Part shown: positions 24,514-39,100 of the stretch, piece after piece
How the letters are laid out: each line of letters begins with the position of its first letter
Position numbering within the stretch: the first letter of the stretch is position 1
DNA from: Phoronis australis
Taxonomy: Eukaryota > Animalia > Phoronida
Reading direction: 5' to 3'
NCBI GenBank assembly: GCA_002633005.1
Contig: NMRA01000053.1
Location: 1,163,322-1,227,321 of the forward strand
Length of the DNA stretch: 64,000 nucleotides
Made by a program: the position numbers and the translations under genes
Notes under the pieces: generated by a model
The model's database searches: none
The model's input: only the letters and a program-made list of their open reading frames with translations
What the model was told of the DNA's origin: nothing

Positions 24514-24590
24514 GGTCCTCAGTAGCTCGGTGGTAAGAGCACTTGACCGCCAATATGGAGACCTGTGGTTCGATTCCCAGTTGGTGTTCC
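24514..24590 (+). mobile_element. tRNA-derived SINE head (Pol III A/B boxes)
   Basis: A box TAGCTCGGTGG, B box GGTTCGATTCC (24567); no pairing acceptor stem; an inverted partial copy lies at 24404-24456. Confidence 0.6.
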
Positions 24591-24856
24591 TGGTTTTTCT
24601 GTGTTTTTGAAGATAATATTGGATATTTGAGTAAAGAATGACACAAATATGCAGAAGATTTAGGGAGCTTAGTTGAGTCTCTCTTTGGTACTATTTTATA
24701 CAACTGTACACTGATTGTCTTATCTGTACCAAAACTGGAGCCAAGCTGTTTTAGAGTGATGTTTGATATGTATATTCATGCAGTCAATATGACACAATTG
24801 TTTAAAAATTTAAACGCTGTTATTTACATTTTCTGATTTCTGTATTTTTAAATTTT

Positions 24857-26343
24857 TATGCACCCACATATTCATTTGTGGATTCATATTGCTTCCATTT
24901 CTGTGTGGGCATCTGGCGCATATTATGAAGGTGATGCCAGTGACGGCGATTTTTGAAGTGATCCAACTATTGGTGTGCTTTCTAGTGGCAATTTTAGTCT
25001 CTTACGTTTGTGTATCTGTGCAGTTCCATGATGTATTCTCATGAAATTTGGCAATTAAGTTTCTCTTCCCATTTTCAGATAAATTTGAGGTATTCTGTGC
25101 CACCTGGTGGTCATTTTGAAAATTTTGTAGTCATTTGACATCACCTTTCAATTAGCTAAACTGCTTGAAGGATCATTGTGAAAATTGAAAGGGCGTTTTA
25201 AATTTTCTGATATGAAGTCCAAGGCTAATGCTGGTTTTCGGACGGGTTTTAATACTTTGGCGCCCCCTTGTGTCAATCTTTTGTTTTGCATCTACAGTTG
25301 TATCTCCTTAATATTCACAGGATCTTGGGGAAATTTCACTTATTTGTTCCTGCGGATATGACAACAGATGACAAGTTTCAGACCAATCGGATTACCCCTG
25401 TGCCCCCTAGTGACAATGTTAGTTTTTTTACACTCACCTCTATCTTTCGAGTTCATTGATAAATTTTTGTGAACTTGACAAATAGGTTTAAATTAAGGAA
25501 ATGCCGATGTGTTCTGATCATTCTTATTTTTCAAGGTAATTTTTGTCTTCTGCTGGTTTACCCACCATACTACTAAAAGGATCATTTTAAAAACTTAGCA
25601 AATGTGTTTCTGATGAGGAGACCCTGCTGACATTGATTTTCGAGCCGGTCTGACAACTGTGGTGCCCCTGATGGTGATATTGTCTTTTGGCGTCTACAGG
25701 CATTTGGATATTTTATAAATGTGACAACTTTTCACAACTTATATGGATGGCTTTGATTACATCTGTCTCTTCTATTAGAGTTCTTTGGTCGTTTTTCATG
25801 AAATTTGGCCAACAAGTTTCTATGATAAAGACGATAGCACTTTTCCATTTTGGGACGGACTCGTATTTCGTGTTGCCTAGTGGCAATTTTTTGTATTTGG
25901 AATCATCTGTTTCTGTATACGGCAAAGCACTCAGAGGTCATTAGGAAACTGGAAGGTGTCTTACTAAGTAGAACACAATGGACATGGATATTCAAAAGGG
26001 TCCATCTGCTGTGGTGCCCCCTTTGAATATTTTTGTGTATCTCCTATACCCCTTGCAAGATCTTTTGGAAGTGGCAATTGTATTTCTATTGACTTAACAA
26101 CAGATGGAGTGATCGAACAACCGCTTCACTACCGTTTTTCCACTTTCACTTCTATAATCTTGACGAATTTTCTTGAAATTCAGCAAATAGTCTTCTACAC
26201 AGGGAAATAACGGCACCTTCCCATTTTCAGATGGGCTCGATGTCATCTGCACCATCTAATGGATGATTTTTGAAATACTACTAAACATTCCTGTAACGTA
26301 CTATTTATGATGCAGTTGTGGGAGCTCCATGTTGCTCTAGTTT
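24857..26343 (+). mobile_element. Older, diverged HINE/DINE-1-like copy
   Basis: Starts tttttATGCACCCACATAttcatTTGTGG; internal TGAAATTTGG...CCCCTAGTG(G) repeats; ends GTGGGAGC..GTTGCTCTAGTTT. Confidence 0.65.
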
Positions 26344-28671
26344 TGAAATTTGTCAACTAAGTGTTCTTATCAGATATTTCATGTGATGGATAATGCTGCC
26401 ATATTCAGCAGTTAAAGAGGTTATCTCTCACAATTACCAATGTGAGACGTGTTAGGCTTGACAGTTGCCATTTCTCTCTTACACTTATAATGTTTGAGTT
26501 AATGATTATTAATCACAGTAGGTGACAGGTTCAATCAGGCTTGGAAATTTCATGGCAAATGCACAGGTTTTTGTTAAGCGCACCACTTTAGACATCAAAA
26601 GTTCGTACTGCACATTTGAGATGGTCTCTGTATTTTTTATTTATTTTTTGTGCTTGCTCTTAGTGATATTGTGTTGTTGAAAAGAACACACTAGCGTTGC
26701 TTTAATAACCTACCTTTGTATTGGTGTTCTCTATTGAACCTGTCCAGGGTGAAACTTCAGTTCGGACACAAGGTGGCGTACCAATTCTGCCATTCAAGTG
26801 CTCTGTTGTTCCTTGTCGCCAATTTATAGCTTTCCCAAATCATCATCAAGCTCCAATGTTGGCCTTACATCACAGCTTTGCCCTTTTTAGATCAGCAATT
26901 ATTGGGAGGTGCCATTCCCCCTACCCCCTTCCCTTTTGTTTGTCCCCTGAACCTCTCTCACTGGTGTGCATGAGCTTGCAGTTTCTTTTATCTTCAAGCT
27001 ACGTATAGTAACTGGTTATCAGCTTCTCAGCTCACATTTCATTGGCAGAACTAAGGGTCCCTAAAAAATAAGTTTGATTGAGGAACTTTCCTAGTAGTCT
27101 TCAAAACAGAATAGCAGTTTTTGTTTGGTCTTGCCAGCTGGGTGAGCCCACTCCACCCTAAACCCATGTATTTTGCGGCCTTGTGTTTTTTCTTATGTTC
27201 GATAATGTTATAGTTCTGTTCAATTGATAATGGATATTTACACGGTTCCATTTTGTGGTGTTCAATATTGTTTTTCCTTTAATTTGGACACATGACTAAA
27301 TGTTTCTTTCTACTGTTCAAATTTTTATGGTGTCTCCCACGACTTTTTATCAGGGAGGCAAATATTGAAATACTCCATTGAGCAGATATACTGATATTCT
27401 AAACATAGGAACCATATCCGTTCCTAGTTTTGAAAGCTTAAATCAGCAACAGCTGTGTATGGTAGTTTTATTGAAGTTTTTTTTTCTGCATTATTTGATG
27501 TTTGATGTTTAGTGATGGTCTCATTAATTCCTGGCCAGTCTGTCGAAATGTGTTAGTCATGAATTCCGAAGTCATTTAATTTGGTGCCCGTTTTACAAAC
27601 TTGATAATAATCGTGATTAATTAAAAAGATTGACTGATGCACTATTTTAGGGTATAGACGTCTGGATATCATTGCTAATTGTTAAATTATTTTATCCCAT
27701 TATCATTTTCGTATCTCTTGATATTGTAACGATCATAAATTTAGTCAACGGATGGTTATAAGCATTACATGTATATATTAGACAAAATCGTGTTAGTCGC
27801 CTCTTGTGTTGAAGCTGCATTATTTCGCACAAACTTTTATCTGTTATGTAAACATTGTTACATGGTTAATGTTCATATGAAATATAAAGTGAAAGCGGCT
27901 GTTAATCCGATTTTTGTTTCAAAACTGTTTTTAGTTTGACCGGCTATGCACTTTTCTCAACTCGTTCAACATATCTTATGTAGTCAACGAAATCAATTGA
28001 ATTTGAATATTAATTGAAGTTAATTGCAATAATTCACCAGCGAAAGGCTTGATGTTGTACGCTTAGCACAATATTTATGAGGATCGCTCAATAGTGTCTG
28101 TATAGTTTATCTTCTTGAGGGTTCCGTTAGATCAGGGTCCAGTATTTGATATTTCATTTACAATTAAGTTAATTGCAATTAATATAATTAATAAAACAGA
28201 AAAGAAAACCCAATGTGATCAAAGACCTACATGTAGCGTGCGTAAACTCAGGCACATATTTCAGTACATTTATGCAGCTCGTACGCACAACACTATATCT
28301 AATCACAAAGAACAGGTAATGGTGTGATTAAGGCTTTCTGGAGGACATCTGTCGGTAATTCCAGTACTTAGCCTTTCCCTTATCCTACATTATTTGAAAA
28401 CAGATGAAACTGAAAGTTGTTAACTGAGCATTTCCTAAATATTTAACATTTTGTCCGCCAAAAAGTGGGTTTTCGCGATTATTTCAGCCCAAAATGACCC
28501 CCAATTCGATCCAGCAACCATAAAATGATAGCAGAAATGGATTCCAAATCTGCGAAAACATTAGAAACGCTACATTGGAGGATCCTGCAAGCCGTCATGT
28601 CGGAAGGTGGGAATTGAGCGAAACTCTAGGTGGCAAATGCCACCATATCCTGCATTGTAAACATTTTTGCT

Positions 28672-29137
28672 CCTGTGGCGGATTTTAGCTGGGGGGAGGG
28701 GGCAAGGGGGCCGTGCACCTCTAAAATTCTCCCAGATTCCATTGGGCAGTTTGGGGTGCGAATTGCTGACTACCCCTACATCTCTACATTTTAGGCAGGG
28801 CGCGCGCAATTGGCGAAATTCTGCCGCGATGACTTCACAGGGACCTCAGGGGTCTCACACTCCACTGATTTATCCACAATATTTTGAAAACGCTTTGCCC
28901 AGTCACACATTGTGTGTCATAAAAGAGATAAGCATACCAGCAGCTGACGCAGCAAGTAGAACTACTCTCGTTTATCACATTGGTGTAGACTCACAGTTGA
29001 ACTGTGGTTTTCTGTAGACCCTAGACCGTCCCGAGTTGCACCATATACCAACTCCGGACGGTCTCTCACGACGATTAAGCGTTAAGGGTTATTCCTGTGC
29101 CCTGCCCCCCCTACTCAAAATCCTGGTTCCACCCCTA
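28672..29137. mobile_element. GC-rich MITE-family copy
   Basis: CTGTGGCGGATTTTAG...G-runs...CCTGGTTCCACCCCT; no clear TSD. Confidence 0.45.
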
Positions 29138-30184
29138 ACTACATGTACTAAATTTCCAAAAAAAAAACAACTTTACACTAAACGTCAACGTTCTGACAAC
29201 TAGGGTGCTCCTGCTCTGAACAAGGAACAACTTACGTCAAACTCAAAGGTGTGGTGGTTTCTTTGGAGGAACCCGTGTTCATAGCCGCTACAAATCGAAA
29301 CTGTTTTTGTGTTTTCTTGTTGGGCTACTTGAAAATTTCGTCATACAACTACTCTGTTATGGTCGTTTAAGTAAGTACACGAAGTTTGCCCATCTCTTTG
29401 TCGTTGTCTAAGGTCATGTCTGTGCTTAGCATGCATGCAGTTGCGTTTTAGTTATGGTGACACGACATTCTGTCCAGATTCTACTTCACTGTTCAATTAA
29501 TGCTGTTTAGCGCATATTATATGGCACGAGTATCCAATGAACATTGTGAACGAATTATTTTAAAAACACCAATTGGGTCATTCTTTTACAGTGATTTTAT
29601 TAAACGTGCTTCGATTTCGCTCTTTGACTCTTGAGGATTTTTGCATTTCGGACAATGGAGGCCCTTCTGTGGGTTTTAATTGATTTAATAAGAAGTTTTC
29701 CATTTGCGCAAACTTTGTTTTCTGGACATCAGTATTCAAGTAAGTATCTGATAATCGTCGTCTCATTAAGAACCCTGACCTGTAGGTGATTAGTCCCCCG
29801 CGCATTGTTATTTGCAAACAAATTTACGTACAGCTTAGGCTACGGATGTGAATGAAAATAATTTCGGCCTCAGACGTGAAGAAGTATTGACCATCAGCGT
29901 CGGTCTCCAAGGGCACAACTCTCAACTCAGCATGTGGTTCACACGTTTAGTGCAAAATTTGTATATCAATTAGTCACATGACACCTTTTTGGCTATCAAT
30001 TCAGTCCTGACACCTATGTCGCGCCCGCTCGCCACACCACCGCCAGAGTTAGGTGTTCCCAGTGATAACACGTGAACGTTTGAGAGATTGAGTTGCGAAC
30101 TTTTCAAACAGCCTGTGCAATTCAACCTCAGCTACATAATAACACTGTGCAACTGAACAAGTTCATCATCACTCGTCGTACATT

Positions 30185-33100
30185 ATGTGGTCTACCATCG
30201 TCCTCTGCTGCAGTGCGCTTCTCTGGTCGTCGGCGCCGCAAGTTAGAAGTCAGTTGCTACCCAAAAGGTAAGACGAGATATAAAGGCACGCCTGTGTATT
30301 TTTTTTCAATCTGTTGTGTTCCAAATGTCCTTTCTTTGAAACCTATACATGTATGGAAGTAAATTCACTGACTTCGTCAAACGAAACTGATTCGTGAGCC
30401 AGAAGCTAAACACTAGTTACGCGTCTAGCCAGAACCAAATTAAGCAAAGAGCTAGCTTACACGTGCTCCTCGTCTCCTCCAGTGAACTATTCTTCTCCCA
30501 CTACACTATGTACCCCTACTCACCCCCCCCCCCCTCCCCACGATCTCTCGGCACAAAAGGTCTGTTTTTTGATAGAAGAAAAACTAAACTACCGGCCCTG
30601 GAACAGTCTAGTCTTTTTTCGTCGATATATCGCTTGACTACCGCCATCTTTTATCAATTTGCTCACAGCTCCAGATTTGCGGAATTTTGCAAGGGGTGTT
30701 TTCCAGTTACGGTCACAAAGCTGCTCTACTGCATGCATACATGTATACTTTTGGACGCTTTGGCTACCGCTGTGCATTCTAGAATCAATTTTAGTCTTAC
30801 GTTTGCCTCGATATTGTAGGAGTTCCAGAAGCTTTTTCGTGAAACTTGGCAAACGGTTATCAATTTATAGCATCGTTCATTTTGGAACAGGTTCGGCGAA
30901 TTCTGCCCATTATTTTTCCTGTAATGACCATCTTAAACACGTCTAGAAACATACCGTTTGCTACGAAGTCGTGAGTGCATTCCAACGCTTCTCGTTGCTC
31001 TTGTTGCAAATCTGGAGATTAATCTATGCGCTTATTTATGATGTTGATTCACTTTCCTCTATTATCTTACCCGTAAATAGCTTCTCGATATTTACTATGA
31101 ATGAGGTGCAAAAATGTCACCCTGTTCCTTGTCATTTAATTTGATTAAGAGCAGAAAGCAGTTCATCACGAACACCCTCATGATTAGACGGGAAACTATC
31201 GTCTTATAGTTTCCCTGGCGACACCTAGTGTATTTCTAGTTGCTTATTTTTCACACTGAAACACAAGAGACTTGGTCGCTATGATGTGTTTTGACACTGT
31301 CATTTGAGGACACCAATTGTCAAAGGTAATGAACGGTAATGAACTGCTTACAGTAACTACGCTGTCCTCGTTATCGATAGAATGGTCATTTAGTCCAACT
31401 CCTATTTTTGTCCAGTCTCGCAATTACTCAGTGTCGCCAAAAAATGCTACTTCACGTACTCGTCAGGTTGCGTAGACCAAGCTTATCAACAAAGTATGCA
31501 ATGTGTCTTTCCTAAGGCTTAGCATTGATCCTAGGTTATTATCCGCACACGATATCCCTCCACTCTCCATATACCTTTTCGTACACTACAAACCGAACAT
31601 GAACACGTAACCGGGCGTGCGTTCATTGGACGCTAGGACCTACTGTACACTAGGACCTAGCTAAAACCTAGTTAGTCACGTGTTCTCATTTAAAATGCAC
31701 GGCAATATCTCACGTAATATCTCACGTAATCTCGCGAAGTTTTGCTTTTTAGCGAGGTCCGAGCGTACATTTTGGGGCTAACATGAACTTCCGTTTGGAA
31801 TTAAAATTGTGGTTGCCATTGCGAAATTATCCTAGAACCGCCGGTGATCGGAAGAGAATTGGTCATTACTGATCCGACATTGTTTATGCTGCAAAGCTGC
31901 AACGGGGAAACTCGGCCTTTAACCTAACCGACTTTTCCCCGAAATGCGGTTTGGTTAGGATTGCTTACTTGTGTCCTCATTGCTTCCCGACTGTAGCCTG
32001 AAGGAGTTTTTCGACTTCAAATGTATTGTTACAAAATCAAATTTTGAATAGATGGCATGTCTTGGTTATAATGATCTAAATATATATTTTAAAAATGACA
32101 CTCGCACCCCTACTGTAGTCACTCGTACCAACGTAGATGATCTTTGAGAAAAAATGAAGTCAGTGGCAGCTTGATATACTTTCCTCTTGAAAATTCAAAT
32201 TATCGAAAACCAAATTGTTTCGTTCTAGGAGGTATGAATACACCCCATATTAAGGATGTCGTGCTAAATAGACGTGTTGATTTTTTTGCGAAAAACGTAC
32301 CACTGAGTTACGTTTTTGTTAAAATAAGAAATTTTAGGTATTGTTCCGATGTAAGGGAGATTTTGAGAAAACAAAAATTCCTCTGAGTTGAGAATGTCAG
32401 AGAAGAACCTAGATTCGTGAACGCTTAAACGAACTTGGTAAAATTTCCATTACACACAAGTTCTCCTTATTTAGCACCCTTACACTGACTGCTAATTTTT
32501 GTTTCTGCAGGTGTCTTTTCAAAGATTACTCATTGGTGACGTGGTTTAAAGATTGTAATATTGAGTGGGAGATGGATGAACCATTTTGTGTTACTGCCAT
32601 CAACAACTGCCCAACTAGTAAGTAAAGTTGTCAACATATATTCCGCTCATGAGTGAATTCGTAGTTTTTGACCCTTCGTTACTCACAAAAATACTACCGA
32701 GTTCATTTCCACTGACCGAGAGGGAAACCGTTAAATATTTAGCACTAGCAGCCAAAATTGAATTGATAGGACGAAAAATGAACGGATATTCGATTACTTG
32801 ATAGTTTTCTTGTAACGAAAGGGGCAAGTACTGTGGAATCAGCCCCGTAGCGACCTAAACCCAAGTTGGCCAAAATATTATCTTTATTTACACTTGCAAG
32901 CGAAAGTTTCATCCAGAACCCCCATCACCAATATACTGAAATTTGAAGTTTCGACATTTTGGACTTGATAATTGGTTTAAGAGCTACATGTATTATTGGC
33001 GAGAAAGGCGATTTTCTGAATTTCTCCATACCGTAATGGAACCCGGCGGAGCTTTTGCGTCACAGTCAAACGCTTTGCTGACGAGCTAAGTCACACGCTA

Positions 33101-36100
33101 GTGAACGAGAGAGTATTTTAGCCTGGTAGTCGCCAACCTTGATTTCAATGAATTTCTGGTAGACATCGGCGAGAATAGGCAATTCGTAATAAGATCGCAA
33201 AAGCAAAACGAATGTCTTTGTTTAATGCTTCTGGTCAGTCTATCCCATCCATTAATAATCCCCGACACGATAATGGCCCTTTACTGGTAATGTAACATAA
33301 CCTGGGCCAATCTCATTGCTGGCGGACTGTTCAGCCTTTTTTCACTTGGTCTATCTGCCCTAGTCTCGAAATTTGACTTCGAATTAAGGTAAAAATTAGA
33401 GAGCGATATACTGACAACAGCCGGTTCACTAATTTAAGCGTTTTGTCGCTCTCTGGCGAAAACACCGTCACTTCAACTGATCATTTACACAGTTCAAGGC
33501 TGAAGCTTGGCTCCATGATTGACAGCAGTAATGCAACTTGAACAAGGGTAGCAACATATAGAGTCATGCAAAACTTTCCCCGTTCACAATTCGTCCATCT
33601 TAACACCTGGTGTTAACTTTTGTTCAATAGCATGTATAGATGGAAGTGGTGGAACTCACCAATGGCAGGAAAAGTGGACGGAAACTAGGGACGCGGCAAC
33701 ATTTGACTGTGAGTGTGAACGCTGGCGCCCGTGGATGTTTCCTGCTGAACTACCATCACCTTTACAGGAGATAATTCCACCATCGGCAAACTGCTTCCGA
33801 CGAGGTATGCATTTTTACACAAGACAATATATATCTGTCACGAAACCTAGAAGGATTGTAATTGTTTCTGCAAGTACGGTGAGAAAGAAATTGTTTCCAG
33901 AATTGTAGAATACCAGAGATGCGTTCTGAAGGCCCCCCAACCCTTCAGAAATAATTGGGACAAAAAAATCTTTGTTTATGAAAGAAAACACTGAACTCTA
34001 TTCTAAAACTTCCATTTCATCCTTACCGGACAAATAGGTGGCCTTTAATATTTTTGGGCACTGTACTAAGCTGTAGAACAAGGGTTTATTAGTGGAGAAC
34101 TTGCCCTTCCGTGCCCTTGGCGTTTCTCCAGATTCTTGGAAGTTTTGGCCGGCAGCCCAGAATAGCTGACGGCAGCAGCGCTTCAAAGTGTTTCCCAGTG
34201 TGCAAAGAAATGGATGTCTGCTGCTGTTTACACTTTGAGTGTGGCCCTTCAGTGAGGATCCTATAAAAGGGACAAAACTGAGCTGCATAACATTACACGT
34301 TGAAGATTCCGGTCAAAAATGATTTAAAACGAACAATTCTGGCTGAGTGAGCACCGAATGACTCACGACAGATAAGTTGCAGTTTGGAAATATCACACCA
34401 GAAACCCCCAAAACACCCTCCCACAATTGAACTACTTAAGAAGCTCAATCAGTTGAGATAACGCACAAAATCTTTGATACAGTGTTAACTGAATGAACTT
34501 GACAAATTAAACTCTGGGTGGCCGGGAGCCCAGCTCCAGAAACCCCCTAAATTTTCGCTCACGGAATACTGTTCAAATATGAGCAAGATTAGATATTCGA
34601 AGTACCGGCCAAAACTGATTGAAAACGAGCACTTGTGTCACGCTGAACGCCGCCGGGATGTTCTATGACACGGAAACTGCATTCTGGGAAGGTTCCGCCA
34701 GAAACTTAAAAATAATTTAGTTCAAACATTCGAGGAACCATAAAAGCCAGTTCCACATAATTCAGTACATGTCACTAAATATGACAGACAAATGCATCCC
34801 CTTTTCCTCTGTATATTTGGCGCTCCTTGGTGGATTTTAATGCACGCGCATACTTAGCTGTAGGTGCATATTGCTGTCGTCTCTGTATGGGCATCCGGTG
34901 TCTGTCGCCCGGCATCCCGGATGCGGCGAAGCTGTATCTCCAAAACCCCTCACAGAATCTTAACGAGATTTGGCAGATGAAGCTCACAACGGATGACGAA
35001 AAATTTCGTATCTACCCGTCCATTGGTGTGGCCCCTGGTGGCAACTTAAATTTTTATGCTCTCACATATTTACATGTATTTGTGGGTGTATATTGCCGTC
35101 ATTTCTGCTTGAGCGTCCGAGCATCCGGCGTCCGTAACCGGCGTAAAGCGTCCTAAGCCCTCACAGGATCTTGATGAGATTTAGGAGATGTGTTTCTATG
35201 ACGCTTAAGATGAAGGACTTAGAATTTCAGAACTCTCCGGCCACTGGTGTGCCCTCTAGTGGCAATTTTAGTTTTTACGTTACCTCTGTATCTTCAAAGG
35301 TCCTCGGCGCATTTTCATAAAATTTGGCAGATAGGCATCTATTACTGAGGCGACGCTATCTTCCGGTTTTCTGATTGATTTAAGTTTTTACGCCATCTAG
35401 GGGCCAGTTTTTGCTGTTTTTGCCGAAGTTTGGTTGACAGAGGTGCAGAAGTCATAAAACAAACCACTATGTAGAAGGAGGAAAGTATGTTGCTAATGTG
35501 GAGAGGATGGCTGACAATCATTTTCCGACGACCTCGACTACTGTGACGTTTGCTGGTGGCAGTTTTGTTTTTTACGCCCATGGCTGAATCTCCTAAGCCC
35601 TTCGTAGGATCTTTATAAAATTTAGCAAGTGAATTTATATGAGGTTGACAACGAATGACGACGACTTTCAGATGGATCGGTCAAATACTGTGACCCCTTG
35701 GGGCAATTTCATATTTTTCCGATTTCCTCTGTTTCTCTGAAGCTGTTTATTGGATTTCTATGAAATATGGTAAGTAGCTATCTGTTGAAACGGTGACATA
35801 TTCCTGTTTTCAAATGTATTTTACATATTTTGCGCCATGTAATGGCCATTTTTTTCTGTTTTCAGTTTGTTTTTAGCAACAGTCTATCTATCTGCCAAAT
35901 CTTACTCTAAAATGATTGTGAAAATTCGCATATATGTTCTTAGTGTGAAGAGGACGGTTGACAACTAATAATTTTCCGCCGACTTCAACTACTGTGGAGC
36001 CTATTAGTGGCAGTTGTTTTTTGCGCCTATAGCCTCCTAGTGACAATTTCATTTCTCTCCATTTTTCTCGGTTTCTCAGAAGTTCCTTGACCGATTTGTT

Positions 36101-39100
36101 TGAAATTTGGTAAATAGCTTTGGTGACATATACCATTGAGCTTTCGGATGGATTCGACGTATCTTGTGCCATCGAGTAACCATTTTATGATTCAAATAAA
36201 CACCCCTAGAGCCACACGGTTTGCGGTGCAATCGTGGGCGCATTTTGACGCTCCGCGTTGCTCTTGTTTACATGTACGTTTACAACTGTATATTCTGACT
36301 CGAATTTTCAAAAAATTTGACAGACATAAATTTATTAGTAAGATGACTCTATGTTCCCGATGTACTTTGCGCCACCTAGTGGCCATTTTCAATATTTTTG
36401 AGTCTCTTTTTTGGCTTCCAAAGCTCTCAAAACAAACCACTCTACGGATGAATGTTAAAATTGACATTTATGATCTTATTGTAAAGAGGGCGGTTGACGA
36501 TGATTTTTGACTACTGTGGCGCCTCCTAGTGGCAGTTTTGTGCGTTTTGGGGTCCACGAATGCATTTCCTAAACGCTCTGCAGGTTTTTTAAATTAAATT
36601 TAGCAAGTGTATTTGTATGAATTTGATAACTGACGACAATGACTTTCGGAACGATCAGACTACCAGTGTGCCCCTTAGTGGCAATGTTATTTTGTTTTAC
36701 TTTTGCCTCTGTGTATTCAAAGGTTTTCAGCGAATTTTCATATAATTTGGCAGACAGGTATCTATTAGTGAGGTGACGCTATCGTCTTGTTTTCGGATAA
36801 ATTCGGAGATAGTTTGCGCCACCTTGTGACCATTTGTACTGTTTTGAGTCTGTATTTTGGCGTTCGCCCCTCTTTCACTCGAATGATGGAAGTGAAAACT
36901 GGCATGTATGTTCCTACTGTGAAGAGAACAGCTGACAACGGTTTTCCGACGGCTACTTCGATTATTGTGTCTCCTCCTAGTGGCAGTTTGTTACACCTAT
37001 GTCTGTATCTCCCACACCTTCTGCAAGATCTTTATAAAATTTACCAAGTGTGTCTATATGAAGTTGACAACAGACGACGACGACTTTCAGACTAATTTGA
37101 CAAACGCTGTGCCCCTCAGTAGAGACAATTTCATTTGTTGTTGCTGTCCTTTGTTTCTCTAAAGTTCCTTGACGGATTTTTTTGAAATTTGGTATATAGC
37201 TTTCTATTAACGATTAACGTATTCCTGTTCTCGTATTAATTAGACTATTTTGCGCCGTCTAGTGGTCATTTTTATGCGCCCACATATTTATATGTGGACG
37301 CATTATGCCGTCATCTCTGTCCGTCCGTCCGTCCGTCCGTCCGTCCGTCCGTCCGTCCGTCCGGGCGGCGTCCGTCCGGCGTCTGGCGTCCGCTGCTCTA
37401 TCTCCAAAACCCTTTGACATACGTTCATGAAATTTGGCACATATGTTCCATTCATAAATGGGACGGCATGTGCGAACTTTCGGACGGATCCGACTACCGG
37501 TGTGCCCCCTAGTGGCAATTTTAGTTTTTTACGCTTACCTTTGTATCTTCAAAAGTCCTGAGCGGATTTTCATGAAATTTGGTATGTAGGCACCTAGTAG
37601 TGAGATGACGCTATCCTGCCGTTTTCGGATGGATTCGACATAGTTTGCGCCACCTAGTGGCCATTTTTACTGTTTTCGAATCTGTTTTTGTGCTTCCACC
37701 CCTCTATCAACCAAACCGCTCAAAGGATGATTGTGAAAATTGGCATGTATGTGCTTACTATGTAGAGGACGGTTGACGATGATTTTCCGACGATTTCGAC
37801 TACTGTGGCNNNNNNNNNNNNNNNNNNNNNNNNNNNNNNNNNNNNNNNNNNNNNNNNNNNNNNNNNNNNNNNNNNNNNNNNNNNNNNNNNNNNNNNNNNN
37901 NNNNNNNNNNNNNNNNNNNNNNNNNNNNNNNNNNNNNNNNNNNNNNNNNNNNNNNNNNNNNNNNNNNNNNNNNNNNNNNNNNNNNNNNNNNNNNNNNNNN
38001 NNNNNNNNNNNNNNNNNNNNNNNNNNNNNNGATTATTGTGTCTCCTCCTAGTGGCAGTTTGTTACACCTATGTCTGTATCTCCCACACCTTCTGCAAGAT
38101 CTTTATAAAATTTACCAAGTGTGTCTATATGAAGTTGACAACAGACGACGACGACTTTCAGACTAATTTGACAAACGCTGTGCCCCTCAGTAGTGACAAT
38201 TTCATTTGTTGTTGCTGTCCTTTGTTTCTCTAAAGTTCCTTGACGGATTTTTTTGAAATTTGGTATATAGCTTTCTATTAACGATTAACGTATTCCTGTT
38301 CTCGTATTAATTAGACTATTTTGCGCCGTCTAGTGGTCATTTTTGTTGTTTTCTAAACTTTTTTGGCGTCCGGTGCTCTCTATCACCCAAACACTGTTCG
38401 TGTGATGTTAGTGTTTATATTTCTACTGTGAGGAGGACGGCCGATGATGATTTTTGGACGACTCTAATTACTCTGGTTTTTTATGCCGTCATCTCTGTCT
38501 GTTCGTCCGTGCGTCCGTCCAGCGTCCGTCCGTCCGGCGTCCGCTGCTCTATCTTCAAAATCCTTTGACGCTGTACGTTCATGAAATTTTGCACACGTGT
38601 TCCGTTCATGAATGGGACGGCATGAGCGAACTTTCGGACGGATCTGACTGCCGGTGTGCCCCCTAGTGGCAATTTTAGTGTTTTATGTTTGCCTCTCTAC
38701 CTTCAAAGGTCCTCAGCGTATTTTCATAAAATTTGACATGAAGGAATCTATCAGTGAGATTCAACGAAGTTTGCGCCACCTATTGGCCAATTTGCCGTTT
38801 TCGAGTGGGTTTTGGCGTCCACTCCTCTATCAATAAAACCGCTCTATGGATGAAAATTGGCATGTAAGTTCTTACTAAGAAAAGGACAGCTGACCACGAT
38901 TTTCCGACGACTTCGACCTCGTTTTTTGAATTCATGGCTGTATCTCCTAAACCGTTTGCAGAATATTTACTAAATTTAGCAAGTGTATTTATATGATGAT
39001 GACAACAGATGACAACTTTCGGACGGATCTGACCACTGGTGAGTCCTCTAGTGGCAATTTTAGTTTTTTAGGTTTACCTCTGTATCTTGAAATGTCCTCA

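Noticed and set aside
24514-24590. Functional tRNA gene
   Set aside because: A and B boxes are present but acceptor and anticodon stems do not pair; treated as a SINE head.
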